A program made the position numbers and the translations under genes. A stretch of DNA of 64,000 nucleotides from Dicyema japonicum. Lineage: Eukaryota > Animalia > Dicyemida. The notes under the pieces are model-generated. The model was not told the DNA's origin and searched no databases. It saw only the letters and a list, made by a program, of their open reading frames with translations. Each line of letters begins with the position of its first letter. Position 1 is the stretch's first letter. The DNA lies in NCBI GenBank assembly GCA_011109175.1, contig RDEW01000097.1:31377-95376 (forward strand). Direction: 5' to 3'. Of this stretch, positions 22,955 through 35,673 are shown in pieces.

Positions 22955-24823
22955 ATGAGTGTGGAGAATTTTCGAGTAATCTACAATGAGAATTCAAATA
23001 AACAGTATTTTTCCGATCCTTTACTAAGAAAATTTACGGATATCATAATTTCAGGGAGAATTTGGAAAGTGCTATCAACTTTGTACAAACAGTAACTTAA
23101 TTTATGCTGGAAAAGTCATCTCAAAGTCAATACTAGAGAAAAATAGTAACCGAAATAAGGTCTAGTTTACAACCCCTTTTGTAGACAGCAAAGGAAGTAG
23201 AAATCCAAAGAGCTCTGTACCAACCAAACATTGTCCAGTTTGTCGACTTTTTTGAGGACCATCTAAATCCCTATCTTATCTTTGAAATTTGCGAGTATAG
23301 AGTAGTATCACATAATTTGTTCAGTCAATGTTTGAACTGATATGGAGAAGAAAGAAATTAACCACCATTGAAAGCAGATTCTTCACTTACTACATCTCCA
23401 AAGCTTTGGAATACATCCAATATTTCAAGATCATTCACAGGGACCTCAAATTGGGGAATTTCTATTTAAAGAAACATGCAAATCAAATTAGGGGACTTTG
23501 GAATTTCCACGAAACCAACTAATGGACTCTTCAAGAGGTACTTGTCTGATTTATTATAGCTCGGTTTGTGGTACCCGAATTATATTGCTCCTGAGGTTCT
23601 GAAGATTTTGGATCACAGTTATAAGGAGGACAGGTGGTCACTCGGTTGTATGCTGTAAGTCTTAGAGTTAATCAGATATACGATGTTTGTTGGGAGGATG
23701 CCCTTTAGAATCGATCGTATTGAGGATACTTATGATCATATAGAGAGGGATAAATTTGCTGTCCCCACATCGAATTTAACCGCAAAGACCCTGATTTTAA
23801 ACTGCCTCGAGTTTGACCAGTCAAAGCGATATAGTGTGGACTAGATTTTGATGTCTTCTTTTCTGTCGGTACTTAAATGCTTTGATCTTTATGATATATT
23901 TCCACTGAACTCCCAATGAGCTGTTTGACTACTCTCCCTCATTTTGATAGAGACAACAAAGTCTTCATATCTCATATGAAGTTTGTCATGATTTGCAGAA
24001 AAGGTGATTTTTAGGGGAATTTTAGAAATAATGGAGCATGTGGATTTTGAAGAGAAGTGCTGTGAAACTCCAGATCTCCTTATCGAGCTGTAAAGGCAGC
24101 TGATTGATCTTCTTAGTGTCATCAATCAGAATAATCATACTAGTGAAGGTATTGATAAATGTATAATATTTAGGAGGAGACTGAGGACCCATCATGTTTT
24201 CCTGTTTACTTTGTGCCCAAGTGTATAGACTACTCCGAGATGCATGGTTTCAAATACGGACTATAAGGTGGCAGTATAGGATTCATCTTCATAGACGGTA
24301 CCCACATGATCTGACATTCCGACCACGTTTACGCTTTTCCCTTAATCAAAGTACTGTTCAGTACTTTGATATTCAGGGGAATGAAATGTTCTTTGATATT
24401 AGCACGGTTCAACCGAAATTGACCACCAAATTGAGCTTGTTAAAGCACTGTATTAACTATAATTAGAACATTAAACTGGCACAGGTATGGTTTATGGTTA
24501 TTTAGACGGGGATTGAGGTTATCACGGAAAGGATAGTTCAATGTTCGCGGATGCCACATATCAGAGATTGGTTCAGGACCGACTTGTATTCAGCATTTTT
24601 ACTGTCGAATGGGATTTTGCAGATTAATTTCTTTTCATTACACGAGAAATTGATACTATGTCCCCTTTTGAAGGGAGTGACCTTTATCAATCAAATGAAG
24701 GAGGCCCACTCTTATAGATTTGAACTTATTTCCAAGTATGGATGTCCCAGGAGGCTGATGGAGTTGTTATATGAGGCAAATAGTGTCGTCTATGCGTTTA
24801 TTAAGCGTGCTGCTAAATCTTGA
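22955..24823 (+). pseudogene. PLK1: Polo-like kinase 1, unprocessed pseudogene with tiny introns
   Basis: After splicing: K^GEFGKCY, YAGKVISK, HRDLKLGN, IKLGDFG, CGT(P)NYIAPEVL, WSLGCML^YTMFVGRMPF; polo box 1 EDPSCFPVYFVPKCIDYS..HG; polo box 2 WFRT...LSNGILQINFF..HEKLILCPL...YGC. Introns at 23033-23054 (donor mutated to TT), 23160-23184, 23302-23324, 23538-23559, 23655-23675 and ~24148-24173. Frameshifts near 23475 and 23576, and an in-frame TAG at 23842. Confidence 0.92.
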
Positions 24824-25430
24824 TTGTTCATTTTTTTTAGTAAATCGGGTTTTTTCATGATTTTTGTTATATGTTTGTGTCTATCGAATTTGGTTGCCAC
24901 AATCGCCTTTTAGAAATAATTTTATACAGATGAGCCAAATGAGGTGAGGTCTTTTATTGGTCGAGTGGTTGTATATCCTCGTCAATGCCACGATCCATGA
25001 TCATCAAGCCAGTTGAGTAGGTTGTTTTCCTCTTAGAGATAATAGAGTTATGCCCAATTTGTCATGGTATTTGGGGATATTTTTACGTGATATTTTATCA
25101 AATTATTCAGATGATTCTGGATTTGAGCTCCCTGGTTATATTTCATTTTTCAAAACCCTCCGTAGCTAACCAGTCAGACTTTTTGACTCTTTCTTTAACC
25201 ATGGAATAAGTTAGTTTTTTATCTGGTTCTGAAAAGGCAGGAATCATTCATGACTGTTTTATCTTGCTTAATTTTATGGTAATTTCTATAACTTAAATAT
25301 ATAAAATAAATGAATTTAGTCTGAATTCATTATAACTTCAGTACAATTAGCAATGAGGGGGATGAGAGAGACACATCATCACCAGAGCTACGGGTTGGGT
25401 AATAAAATAATCTATTTTCTTAATTATTAG

Positions 25431-27384
25431 TAGGGCAACCACAAATATGACCTAAAAATGATTATGACCTTAAAAATATCACTTTTAAGACCTTTAAAAA
25501 TCAAATATGACCTTAAAAATATAACTTTAAGACCTTTAAAAGTCAAATATGACCTTAAACATGACCTTATTAATTTCGAGTAGTTAATGTTTTTAACTCA
25601 ATTTTAATAATATTTATTGAAATAAAGTATCAAATAATTACTAACATTTTCATTATTAAAGTTTCTATCCTTTTCGAGCATTTTATTTAGCATAGTAAAA
25701 CTTCTTTTACCAAAATAGTTGTTTTAAGACACTTACATAAGTTTCCAAAACATTCTTGACAAAACTCTTTAATTTCGCATTTTTGATATTTTTAATGGCA
25801 TTTTACTTGTCCTTTTTTCAATATATTTTTGGAACGGAAGTGATCACAGGTCCCTACAAACTGTGTTTCTGAAAAAGAGTTAAAATTTTCAGATATTTTT
25901 ACTATTCTTGGTATAATAATTTGCAGCTTCTAACCAACTTTCCATCTTGTCTATTTTTCAAAGTTATACATCAGGAGGTAATCCAATCTTTCAAATAAGT
26001 TCTTTTATTTTTGAAAGTAGTCATTTTTATAGATATATTAAATATTCCACATAAGAAAAATGTGAACGAAATTTTTTCAAAGTACAGCCATGTAGCAGGG
26101 GGCGAAACAGGTCAAATGTATTAAGTATACATTCCTGTTAATGTTTTTCCGCGTAATACGGCAATACGGCAATCCCGAAGTCTTTATCAAGAAAATCCTA
26201 CAATGAAAACTCGGCATCAAAAGACCATTATTTGTTTAAGTGACATACAGAAGACTTTTGACTCGATACTGAGGAAACTGCTCACCATGAAGATTTATGG
26301 CTCTAACATTCCAACATGGAAATTTGGCTTGTAAACTTCATCAACGGACCAAGAGGAAGAGTAATTTCAAATTTCATATTTTCTGTCACTAAATTTCTGC
26401 CGAATGGGGAACCGCAAGGATCGAACCTCTCTCACGAATGGGAACCTCTCTCATCGATTCTCTTCAACTTCTTTGTAAGCGACATGCCTTCTCCCAGCAG
26501 CAACGATAGTCTATTCCTTGCTTATGCTGACGACTTAATCCTGGCAACAAGAGACTAATGTATCCACACAGCGGGTATAAGAGACCAATGTATGGCAACG
26601 GTACAAAAATTAGAGGACAACCTGAACTGTTAGCTTATTAGTAACCAGTAACACACAAGTCCTGAAAAGTCGTGCTCCATGATTTTTACTTCCAATAGAA
26701 GATTGGCAACTCGGCACCTTCATTGACTTTATCTGGGATAACAATCCACTCAAAATTTTAACCAAAATACTAAGGGTCACATATGACTCACATTGACCTT
26801 CAGCAAATATGTGCGCAACATCGTCTCCTCTTCCACAGCGAAAACCAAACTTTGTAAAAACGTTAGTTAAATACTACAAAAGATGTTTCCACCCAACAGT
26901 AGATCATCTCTACTACCAATACATCTTCCGTCAATTAGTTACTGCTGCGCGGCATAGGTATTAGCATATCCCACACCAACCTAAAGAAATTAAACTTCTT
27001 CCAGGAAACAGAAACGAAAACTTTACAAAGATCTTCCTCGTCATTAAAACCAACCCCGTTCGAGGAACTCGTGAGGAGAACGGGAGCTCAGTCAAAACCC
27101 TTAAACTTTCGAAAAGTGATTCGTCCATACAGGAAGTTCGTCGGCATTCGAGAGAAACACTGAGGAAAGATGAGGCGGCTGCTCAGGAAGGCCTGGATCA
27201 TCTGACTTTGTTTTGTCGGTGATTCTTAGTTTTTAAATTAAAAAAAAAGTACCAGATGTTTCAAATTCACAAATTGGCCACAAATAGTCCAGGAACAATT
27301 TTGGGCCAATTTAAGGGACTTTACTTTATTTATAAAAATCATTAATATGACCAATAAAGTAAGATATGACTTTTGGTTGCCTTA
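25431..27384 (-). mobile_element. hAT-superfamily (CGGBP1/DUF659-related) deleted DNA transposon with a nested LINE
   Basis: Perfect 8-bp TSD ATTATTAG (25423-25430 and 27385-27392). TIR TAGGGCAACCA / TGGTTGCCTTA and multiple (A)TATGACC subterminal repeats. Minus-strand relics IHLTCFA and SWLEAANYY. Confidence 0.85.
26140..27248 (+). mobile_element. 5'-truncated degraded Jockey/I-like LINE (RT plus poly-A)
   Basis: DIQKTFDSI, NGEPQGSNLS...LFNFFVSDMP, LAYADDL, poly-A ending at ~27248. Confidence 0.8.
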
Positions 27385-27596
27385 ATTATTAGGGTTTTGA
27401 ATGATTGTATGGACGATGGTTTGGTCTGCAATGTTCTGTTTGTAAGGAATGTGGAAAATCCTGGTAACTGATCGAGTTGCATTAAATAGAAATCCCTTCA
27501 GAGATACGACATGAAAATATTGGTGTATAGGTCTGTCAATTATATAAACTGAAATATTGTTATTAAAAGTAGTTAATTTATAACAATTTCATAGAA

Positions 27597-27740
27597 CAGC
27601 CGCGTGGCTAAGTGGTTAAAATTTTATCTTCCTTCTTTTGTCGTTATTGAATCTACCTTACTAATGAAACGCCCAATTTTTGATTGGCATTCAAGTTATT
27701 TTGGTTTTACCCTTGATCTTTTGAATAATTTTATTATTAT
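27597..27740 (+). mobile_element. SINE family B (degenerate tRNA-like head, LINE-type tail); second copy 35185-35268 (-)
   Basis: A-box-like GTGGCTAAGTGG. About 80 bp aligns with the reverse complement of 35185-35268. Tail ttggttttacccttgatctt resembles the LINE 3' ends. Confidence 0.5.
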
Positions 27741-28399
27741 TAAAATACAATTTAATTTGAGAAACAATTAATTATGAGGGTTATACTTTGACCACCCTTA
27801 GGATTACATAATGGGAGAATAACAGTTATCTTCAATTTAGTGTCAATGTCTAGATTTTTCTTAAATTATGGGCTAATGGCCATAATGAAAAAGATTGCTT
27901 ATTATATCTGAAGATGATTAAAGATATGATCTGACATCTATTACAGGGACAGGCTCTTAATATTTTATGAAAATTTCGCAAACGTTCAGTTATGTTATGT
28001 TTAATATTTTCCATAACAGAGAAATAGGTGTTTTTTCTAGCGTCGAAGTAAACTCCTGAAGTATATGTTCAGTATTATATACAATTTCAGTATCGACGAT
28101 AGCAAAGAAAGCGATCATGGCACAAATAATATTTAATGTGAGGTAAAACCAACATATGTATATGAGATTCAACGAAGAGATCAATAATCTCATGAATGTT
28201 TAAGTCTTTATTTTTTTCCATTTTATTTTGGATAAGTACAAAATAATATATGAATTATACTGATGAAGATTAACTAAGATTATGGGAGTGTCTTCTATGT
28301 TGCCATCGAAGAATCATTCAAATTGACTCTGACATTACTGTCATCTTTTTTCGTGGACATGTGATCATTATAACGTCTGGTATTCCTGGTGAGACTTTT

Positions 28400-29060
28400 A
28401 GGCAGATCTTTCATAACTAAAAATTTACTAATTAATGTTTCTTGAACGTTTTGAGTCGCTTTTTCGAGTCTTCAATGTCTCAATCAAACTATGAGTAAGA
28501 AAAAAATTGTTTGTGACATCTGCTGTGAGAAGATTGTTAACAAATAGGTTTCACAATGTGGGAGATAGCAGGGAGCATTGTGGACTATGACAGGTATCGA
28601 TGATAAATATATCACCCATGATGGCGGATAGACGTCAATAAGATTTTTGTTGTTAAGATTTGCGGGGACCTGAGTAGATTCTTGTGGGTTAGCAGTATTT
28701 AGGCTGTCAGAAATGAATTGAAGAGCTTGGTCAATTGAGTTGTGGTCGAGTACTTAAACCGTTTCCTTGCCTTGAACGTAAGGTCTACTATTGTACTGAT
28801 AAAAACTTAACATATTACTGTAACTTTAACATTGGGAAGGCCACAGTTGAATATAATGGAGATGACTTTTTTAAAGTTGATCTTGTTTTTTTAGTCAAGA
28901 AGATCAGGTTTTGACGTTTAGTGTGTAGTATTTGAATGACCGGTTTATTATAGGAGTCAGAGATAGGAATGACATTCAGAGCTTGGGTGGATGATGATTT
29001 ATAACTATGTCAGTTAATGGTTTTTGTATGAAGGATTAAATTGTTTAGGTTATATAAATG
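28400..29060 (-). mobile_element. Highly degraded LINE RT relic
   Basis: PQCSLLSPTL*NLFVNNLL corresponds to the PQGS.LSP.LWN..VN.LL RT motif. Confidence 0.5.
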
Positions 29061-29269
29061 TCATCAATTATCATTTTCTCATTTATCGTGAGTTTGTATT
29101 GTGAACCAAAAAACATGAGTTGCATTTACAATCCAGTATATTCAAAGTCAGAAAATGATGGCTACCCGAAAATGTTTATCTAATACTTGAGTTATACGGT
29201 CGTCATTTTATCCGGCAAGTGTTTTTGCAAAGATAAATATATTTATTTAAATTTTTTTAAATATAAGTT

Positions 29270-29547
29270 TTTTTAACAATTAAACAAATGTCAGTTGAGG
29301 AAGCCTGCTGCGTGGATTGCGAACGAGTACTTTCGGAGTATGGCTATTCCAATCTTTTGTCTTAGCTATAACCCTTCTCGTTGATCCCTTTTCTTTCTGG
29401 CAAGCAATCCTCCGAGCTCTCGCAAGAACTCAGCCGTCATTGGACCAACGGCTCCCGATGATTCGGTCGCAACAAGAGTATATCTGTAGCGATCCATGAG
29501 GCAAGAATATTTCTTGATTTTTAGGTTCTCCGCAGTCGAAGCAGCAT
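29270..29547 (-). mobile_element. CRE-clade 3' stub (same family as 1519-2090); shorter copy at 30500-30610
   Basis: High DNA identity to 1519-1770. The two stubs share the tail ttttttaacaattaaacaaatgtcagttgag. Confidence 0.85.
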
Positions 29548-31628
29548 TTTTTACAGATACTTTTTATTATGTTGTCGTTCAATCAGTTCGTTACATGATA
29601 GAGTTTTACGGTTTCTAACGGATCTTACCTTATGAGAAGAGTATACATCACTCCTCACCAATTTTTATTCCCCAAAGCACCCCCCACAGAGAAGTTGCGT
29701 TGTATCTCAGAAGGTGCACGGGAGAAAATGAGAAATCTGATAGAGACCTTCGAGGTCACTTAATTAATTTAGTAATTTAATTAACTATTGGTGTTCTTGG
29801 GTTAATAATAATAATAAAATAAAGCCGTGTGGTGCCATGTGTCTACTCGATTGATGATTTATGTTTGTTTTGTCTGTTCCTCCTCTCTTCATTCCTACTG
29901 GAGTAGCGTAATGTAATCCACCTGTATCTGGTGGCGCCCAGTGTTAGGGTGTCACGAAAAAAATCATTTGATATCCAACACTAAACTGGAGGAGTTTCCA
30001 AAACTGCATGGATGCCTTCTATTTTTTATGCTGATTCTGCATGGACTTGTTTGACTTTGAAGGACTCTTTTTCTGTGATAGAGGAAACTGGATACACTTA
30101 ATTAACTGTTTACTTCTTTCTTAGTCGATTGCAAGAACCATTCACACAACGTGTACATAGGTTAAGTTCTGATAGTACATAGAGACAACGTGTATTTATG
30201 CAAATGATGGCAATTCCAAGACGTTAGAGGAACTAGAATTTTATAGTCTTGACGGGAATGCGTTTCCAAACTCTCTAAGGACATAACTGCTGATAGGCAC
30301 GTATATCCGAAGTATCGAAGCAATTAAGATGAGGCAGAAGCGGTCCACAAACGTGTTATAATTAATTAGTATTGTATTTCAATTTCGTCATTTTTTGATT
30401 TAATCAATTCTTGTAATTTTTCTCTGAATCAACCCCGGATAATAATCATGGATTTATTCACCAACCAGCAATATTTCAATTAATTTTTTTAAAGGATAAT
30501 TTTTTTAACAATTAAACAAATGTCAGTTGAGAAAGCCTGCTGCGTGGATTGCGAACGAGTTCTCTCGGAGTATGGCTATTCCAATCTTTTGTCTTAGCCA
30601 TAACCTTTCAATTAATTAAATTTTTTATTTTTTTAAATAAACCAATTTTATTAAACGCAAAAACGAACAGTTAACAACTGCTGGCGGCTCTATATCATTC
30701 AAATTTGTAGGTGAAGTATATATCTGTCGTTATATTCTTTATCATAAAAATCAATGAACTAAAATTGTTTTTCTAAGAGAAATAATTAATGATTGTTCGA
30801 GATCTTCTTACATTTCGTTAATTCTTATTTCCATTGTGTCTCTAGAATTGAAGTTAGAATTTACCTTGGTATCCAATCGACTTTCTTTTTTCACGCAACA
30901 TCTTTTTTCTTGATTTACCCACGATTTCAATAATTTCTGCAACTGATAGTTAGTTAAGTAACCCTGGCATCACTAACTTGTAGTAGACCAGTGGCTATTA
31001 AGTAGGACAAAGCAAAAAGTCGTCTCAGATCGTCAGTCTTGGTTTTGTAGAAGAACAGTGTACTAATTTAGGAAATTCAAATCAGTTGTTTTTTTTTTAA
31101 CTTGGAGCAGTTGCAAAAAGAACAGAGGACATTTTTTACATCATCCAGTTTACGTACGTCTGTAGAGAAGTATGGTGAGAACATCGTAAACGAGTTAGGT
31201 GTACTCAGAACAGATGATTCTGACAAGGAGGGGATTGAATAGTATTTTATTATCAGGGAGTCCTCAGATGGTTCTCGTAGAAAAAATGTGAATCTGGAAA
31301 AGATGGATGATATCATTCAGGTCACTTGTTAATAATTTTACTTTTGTTTAGGGTTTGCATAGATAGTGGACCGTCTGGTCTGTTAGCTTGGAAGAGTAAT
31401 AGCTATAATTACAAATATATTACAAAAAACTCTACACAAGGAATTACGCTAGCTTGCTGGTCGTTGTGGTGCCTACTGACCATATACTGTGTGCCTAGAC
31501 ATGATTGCTTAACTTAGGTTAAGTGATCAGGTTGGTTTAACGAGGACTGTAATTTCTCAGGCAAAAGCTACCTAAAGGGTTGTATAGGAAATACAGTAAA
31601 AGGAACTTCAACTTTGAATTTTTGGCAA

Positions 31629-32810
31629 ATGGTTCAAAAAGTTAGCACAAAAAAATCTAAAAAGATGGCAGTGAAAGTTAGTAGCACAACACGTGCCTTT
31701 AAAAGAGCGAAGTAAGACGCCTATGAGGACGTCTCCAAGGTGGTCCGCGACACAGTGGATCATGTAGTACAAGGTTTATTTGTCCCAAGACCATCCATCG
31801 CCAACAGTTTCTCGAGAATTAGGGGCCTGAAAAAGCTCATCCGCGACTCGGTCCTCTTGACTTTCGGGTCAAAATGGGAATCGACGGCAGGGCTGCTTTC
31901 CACACAGCAGCGGATATCCCCGCACAGCCAGCGGTACAACAGGCTGTGTTTACCTCCAGGAAAATGCCATTAGAGACTGGAAGTCAGCCTCAACAACCGA
32001 AGGGTGGATTCGAGGGCAGGGCTGATTTGGTCACGCAGCCAGCGGTACAACAGGCTGTGCCTGCCCTCCCGGAGGATATTACAGGGAGCGGGGTCCAATC
32101 CCACCTAATGGAGGAAGTCATCCCAACTGTAGGCTGGCTGGACTACAGTTGGGAAGAAAAGGAAATCGGTTTCAACAAAACCGCAGAACTTGCCAGATTC
32201 TAGTCCGGAAACCAAAAAGTGTCTTTAAAAGCAATTTGCAGGACAGAATCCTTCTAGAAGGCACGTGCCAAATGGGGACAGCAAAACTCAGGTTGGAGTA
32301 GGACTAACTACACTAGTCCGGTTAGAGGTGCCGAAGGTGGGAGTCGTTAAGCTCCTGTCCGGCATAGGTACTCTGGCGACCTATACCAAAAAGCGAGTTA
32401 TTAAACGCGGAGAATCCCACTTGCTGCTGGGATTCAGGAATGAGGACGACGCTTCAGCTTTCGAAGTTGAGGTCAATACTAAGGTACCTTTTGGGCCCGG
32501 AACACATAACATGTCACGGGTCATTCCTAAGGCTTCGGACTCAATAGTACTAGTCGTCGGAGTCCCTCTTGACTTCCTAGATGATGATGTACTCGAACAT
32601 ATCAAGAATGACTACCCCTCTGCTAGCTTCACAAGTGGGGAGAAGAGACGGCAAAATAGTGATCCGGATTTTGAAGGTCTGGTTTCGCTCTGGAGCAGAG
32701 GCAGAGAGGATCTGTTTTTAAAAAGTACGCATTGGTTACTTTAGGGTCGGTGTGGCCCTAGAGCGACCTACAGCAATCTAGTAATACTGCCAGAGATTTG
32801 GCCACACCAC
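31629..32810 (+). mobile_element. Degraded LINE ORF1 (gag-like), truncated at the first zinc knuckle
   Basis: VVGVPLDFLDDDVLEHIKNDYP, then Q..YCQRFGH. Internal ~25 bp duplication (near 31923 and 32032). DNA paralog at 36050-36380. Confidence 0.7.
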
Positions 32811-34899
32811 TGTATACTGGATTATTTATTTACCAGGTAGTTACTTACAGGGACTGAGATTTTGATGATTTCTATATTCTCTACTTGAGCACCAAAACAT
32901 GTGATTGTAAACTTTCATTAATTTGAATAAAACGTTATATTGTTTTATAATGAGAGATCTGATTAGGCCTAACAATTGTTGTTAGATATAAACAGGGGGA
33001 TTTTACTTACTAAATGAATCTCACTTTAATAAAACACTTCCTGAGCTCAAAACTGTTCATGTGCTTCCACCACTGATATCTAAAACTTCCATACTAATAT
33101 ATTTTTTCTGGTAATACACATCCGCTACGGTAGGATGTGCGACGAAATGGAAGAGGGCGGGCCTACTTCTCCACCTCTCTTCGGAAGCGGAAAGCCTGTA
33201 ATGAAGTATTGGAAGATGGATTTGGTCGGCACAAGCAGATGTTGTCCCTTTGTTTCCTTCCTTGGATTATATTATGACTGTTTGTGCTGGGCTTACAATG
33301 GTAAACCTGGGGTTAATAATAGTAATAATAATGTACATCGACGAACAATTATATTAATATTTAATCTGAGAAGTATGAGCCAAGTACTACTATTATTAGT
33401 AAACAACAAATGATATAAACCTATACAAGATTACCATAATGACCCTAAATTAGGATATCATTGCTGTCCTTATTTCTACCTTTTTCATCGAGCTTTTGTT
33501 ATAAAACACTTTCAAAAATTGCCGTCATACAAAATTTAATTTTACAAACTTTAAATTATCACGTGGGTTTCATGGAAAACGTGATTTTATAAAGTCATAT
33601 GAGTGGTGAAAAAAATCTTCATTATTTTGGTCATTAATTTCTGTGGTCTAACTATGTTTCTGTGATTCAATAAAAACTCAGGATCTCCTAGAAATAGACG
33701 TAAAATGTATAAATTATAAACGAATTGGATATAAAGTATAAAAAATGCAGGAAAATATCAACAAATATATAAAACAGTTTTATATTAAATTCGATAGTAA
33801 AAAATATGAAAAGGCTGCTTTAATAGCAGTCACTATACTCAGAAATGTCGATATTTTCAATAAATTTAAAAATGGTAGTTATTTTCCTTTCTGATAGAAC
33901 CATCGGACACTAACCACATGGAAATGCTATATTGTGAAGCTCTAGGGAATGGAAGCTACGAACAGATAAAAAGGAGTAGAGAACTATCAGAGTGTCTTGT
34001 TGAGAACTTACTTGAAAATAATGACTATAAATTACTGAAACAAGTAATTTAAAAAAAAGATATGCAAACTGTGACACACAAAAAGAATATAACCCCAGGA
34101 TCTGTAAAATATTGGGAAAAGGCAACAACGGTGTAAATCTTGTCCAAACGTATATTGTGGATTTTTCAGATAAAGACATTTATCCATTTTCTCATTTTGA
34201 ACGATATTTAGGTTCTTGTCGAATTCTTACAACTTGTGACAGAAAAATTCGAATGCAGACATTAGTGCATTTGATGCTTTTTAATCCGACTTTTGATGGC
34301 TCCTACCTTGCATTGAGGACCTGTTCGCATTCCAGTCGATATCCGTCTGCCGTTCTTGGCCCGAGCTGGTCTGAGTAAATTAGGTTAATTAAGCCCCTTT
34401 CAGGATTGCGGAAGGCGAAGCTCAGTACGACAAGGTGGTTCTTCTAAAACATTTGGCTTTGATCATGCGAGTAACTCCCATTACGTGCTCAATTCCTGCA
34501 AGCCATAATGGAGACCATGTCATAATAACTGTATTTATTGGTTTTGCCTCTGTTTAATGAATAAATATCCCTTTTAAACAGTTTTATTTTGAAAAATTCA
34601 TAAATGCACGATATTTTCGGTCATTGCACCGTCAGTATTTAGATTGATTTAAATTCGTTTAAATTTGAAAATTCTGTCGATTTTTAATGATAGACAGAAG
34701 GATTCACAACATGATTAAGATCAGTGGTTAATTGTATGAGTAATGTTGCTTCTATGAATGAGTCATAATTCCTGTGGTGCGTAGCTCTAACGAAAGAAAC
34801 TTCAAGATAGGCATGATCTCTGTTCAATTTTTTATCGTGTCCATCGACAGTGATTACTTATTCTTTTATATTTAAATAAATAATTAATTGATGTTAAAC

Positions 34900-35150
34900 T
34901 ACCTAAATAACATGGGGGATGTAGAGAAGTGACGTAGACTGATATTGTGTGACATTGTATTATCAGGTTGGAGTAATTGTGGGAGTATGGTATCAGTGTT
35001 GTTTGAGAAGTGGTTTATATATTTGCATTATTGCTGTGATATCGATAAGAATTAAGGGGAGTTGTTGGCAATTAAGATGAGGTTAGAGGAGTATTTGAAG
35101 AATTTGTGTAAAGTGAGGGATTTCTGACTGTTTTTATCACAATGAAATAA
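34900..35150 (+). mobile_element. LINE 3' end with degenerate CCHC, homologous to 38465-38690 (-)
   Basis: catgggggatgtagagaagtg...gaagaatttgtgt..agtg.gggat.tctgactgtttt is present at both loci. Confidence 0.6.
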
Positions 35151-35673
35151 TTCATGCTGTCAACTTTTTCAAATGAATAACAGCCAGACATTGGGCGTTT
35201 CTTGAGTAAGTGAATCCGATGACGAGACTAGAAGGAAGAGAAATCTTCATTCAAGTAGCCACATGGCACCAAGCGTCTTCTAACGATGGCTACGGAGATC
35301 AAATGGAGAAGTCATTTAGTCTCACGTACTGCTGAGTGTAGTCATTCGTCCTAGCGTTTTGAGAAAATGAAACGATTCCCATTTATTTCTCCAATTGTCT
35401 AAACTACGACATCCAAAACAGAACGTGAACTGGTCCGGTATAGAATCCTTTTGAATTTCTTTCCCTTAGGTTTGTCAGTTTTTGCCGCGAATACAACGTA
35501 TTTACTGCGAACTTAACGATGTAAGAAAAAAAAAGTCTATGCACGTAAAATCTCATACCAATGACTTCCCTTTGTCTGTCAGGCCGACCGGTTCAGCATG
35601 CTTCAAGAGCTCATTTATCCCCTTGTCGTGGTAATCTTTTTTAATTTTTTAGACATCAAAGAGAATAATATAT

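Noticed and set aside
20280-25360. Direct repeats (20280-20408 and 25229-25360) as LTRs mobilising the PLK1 copy
   Set aside because: No TG...CA termini, PBS/PPT or TSD. They look more like two 3' ends of a Tc1/mariner-like element.
34095-34180. ILGKGNNGV resembling a protein-kinase glycine loop
   Set aside because: No VAIK, HRD or DFG motifs follow.
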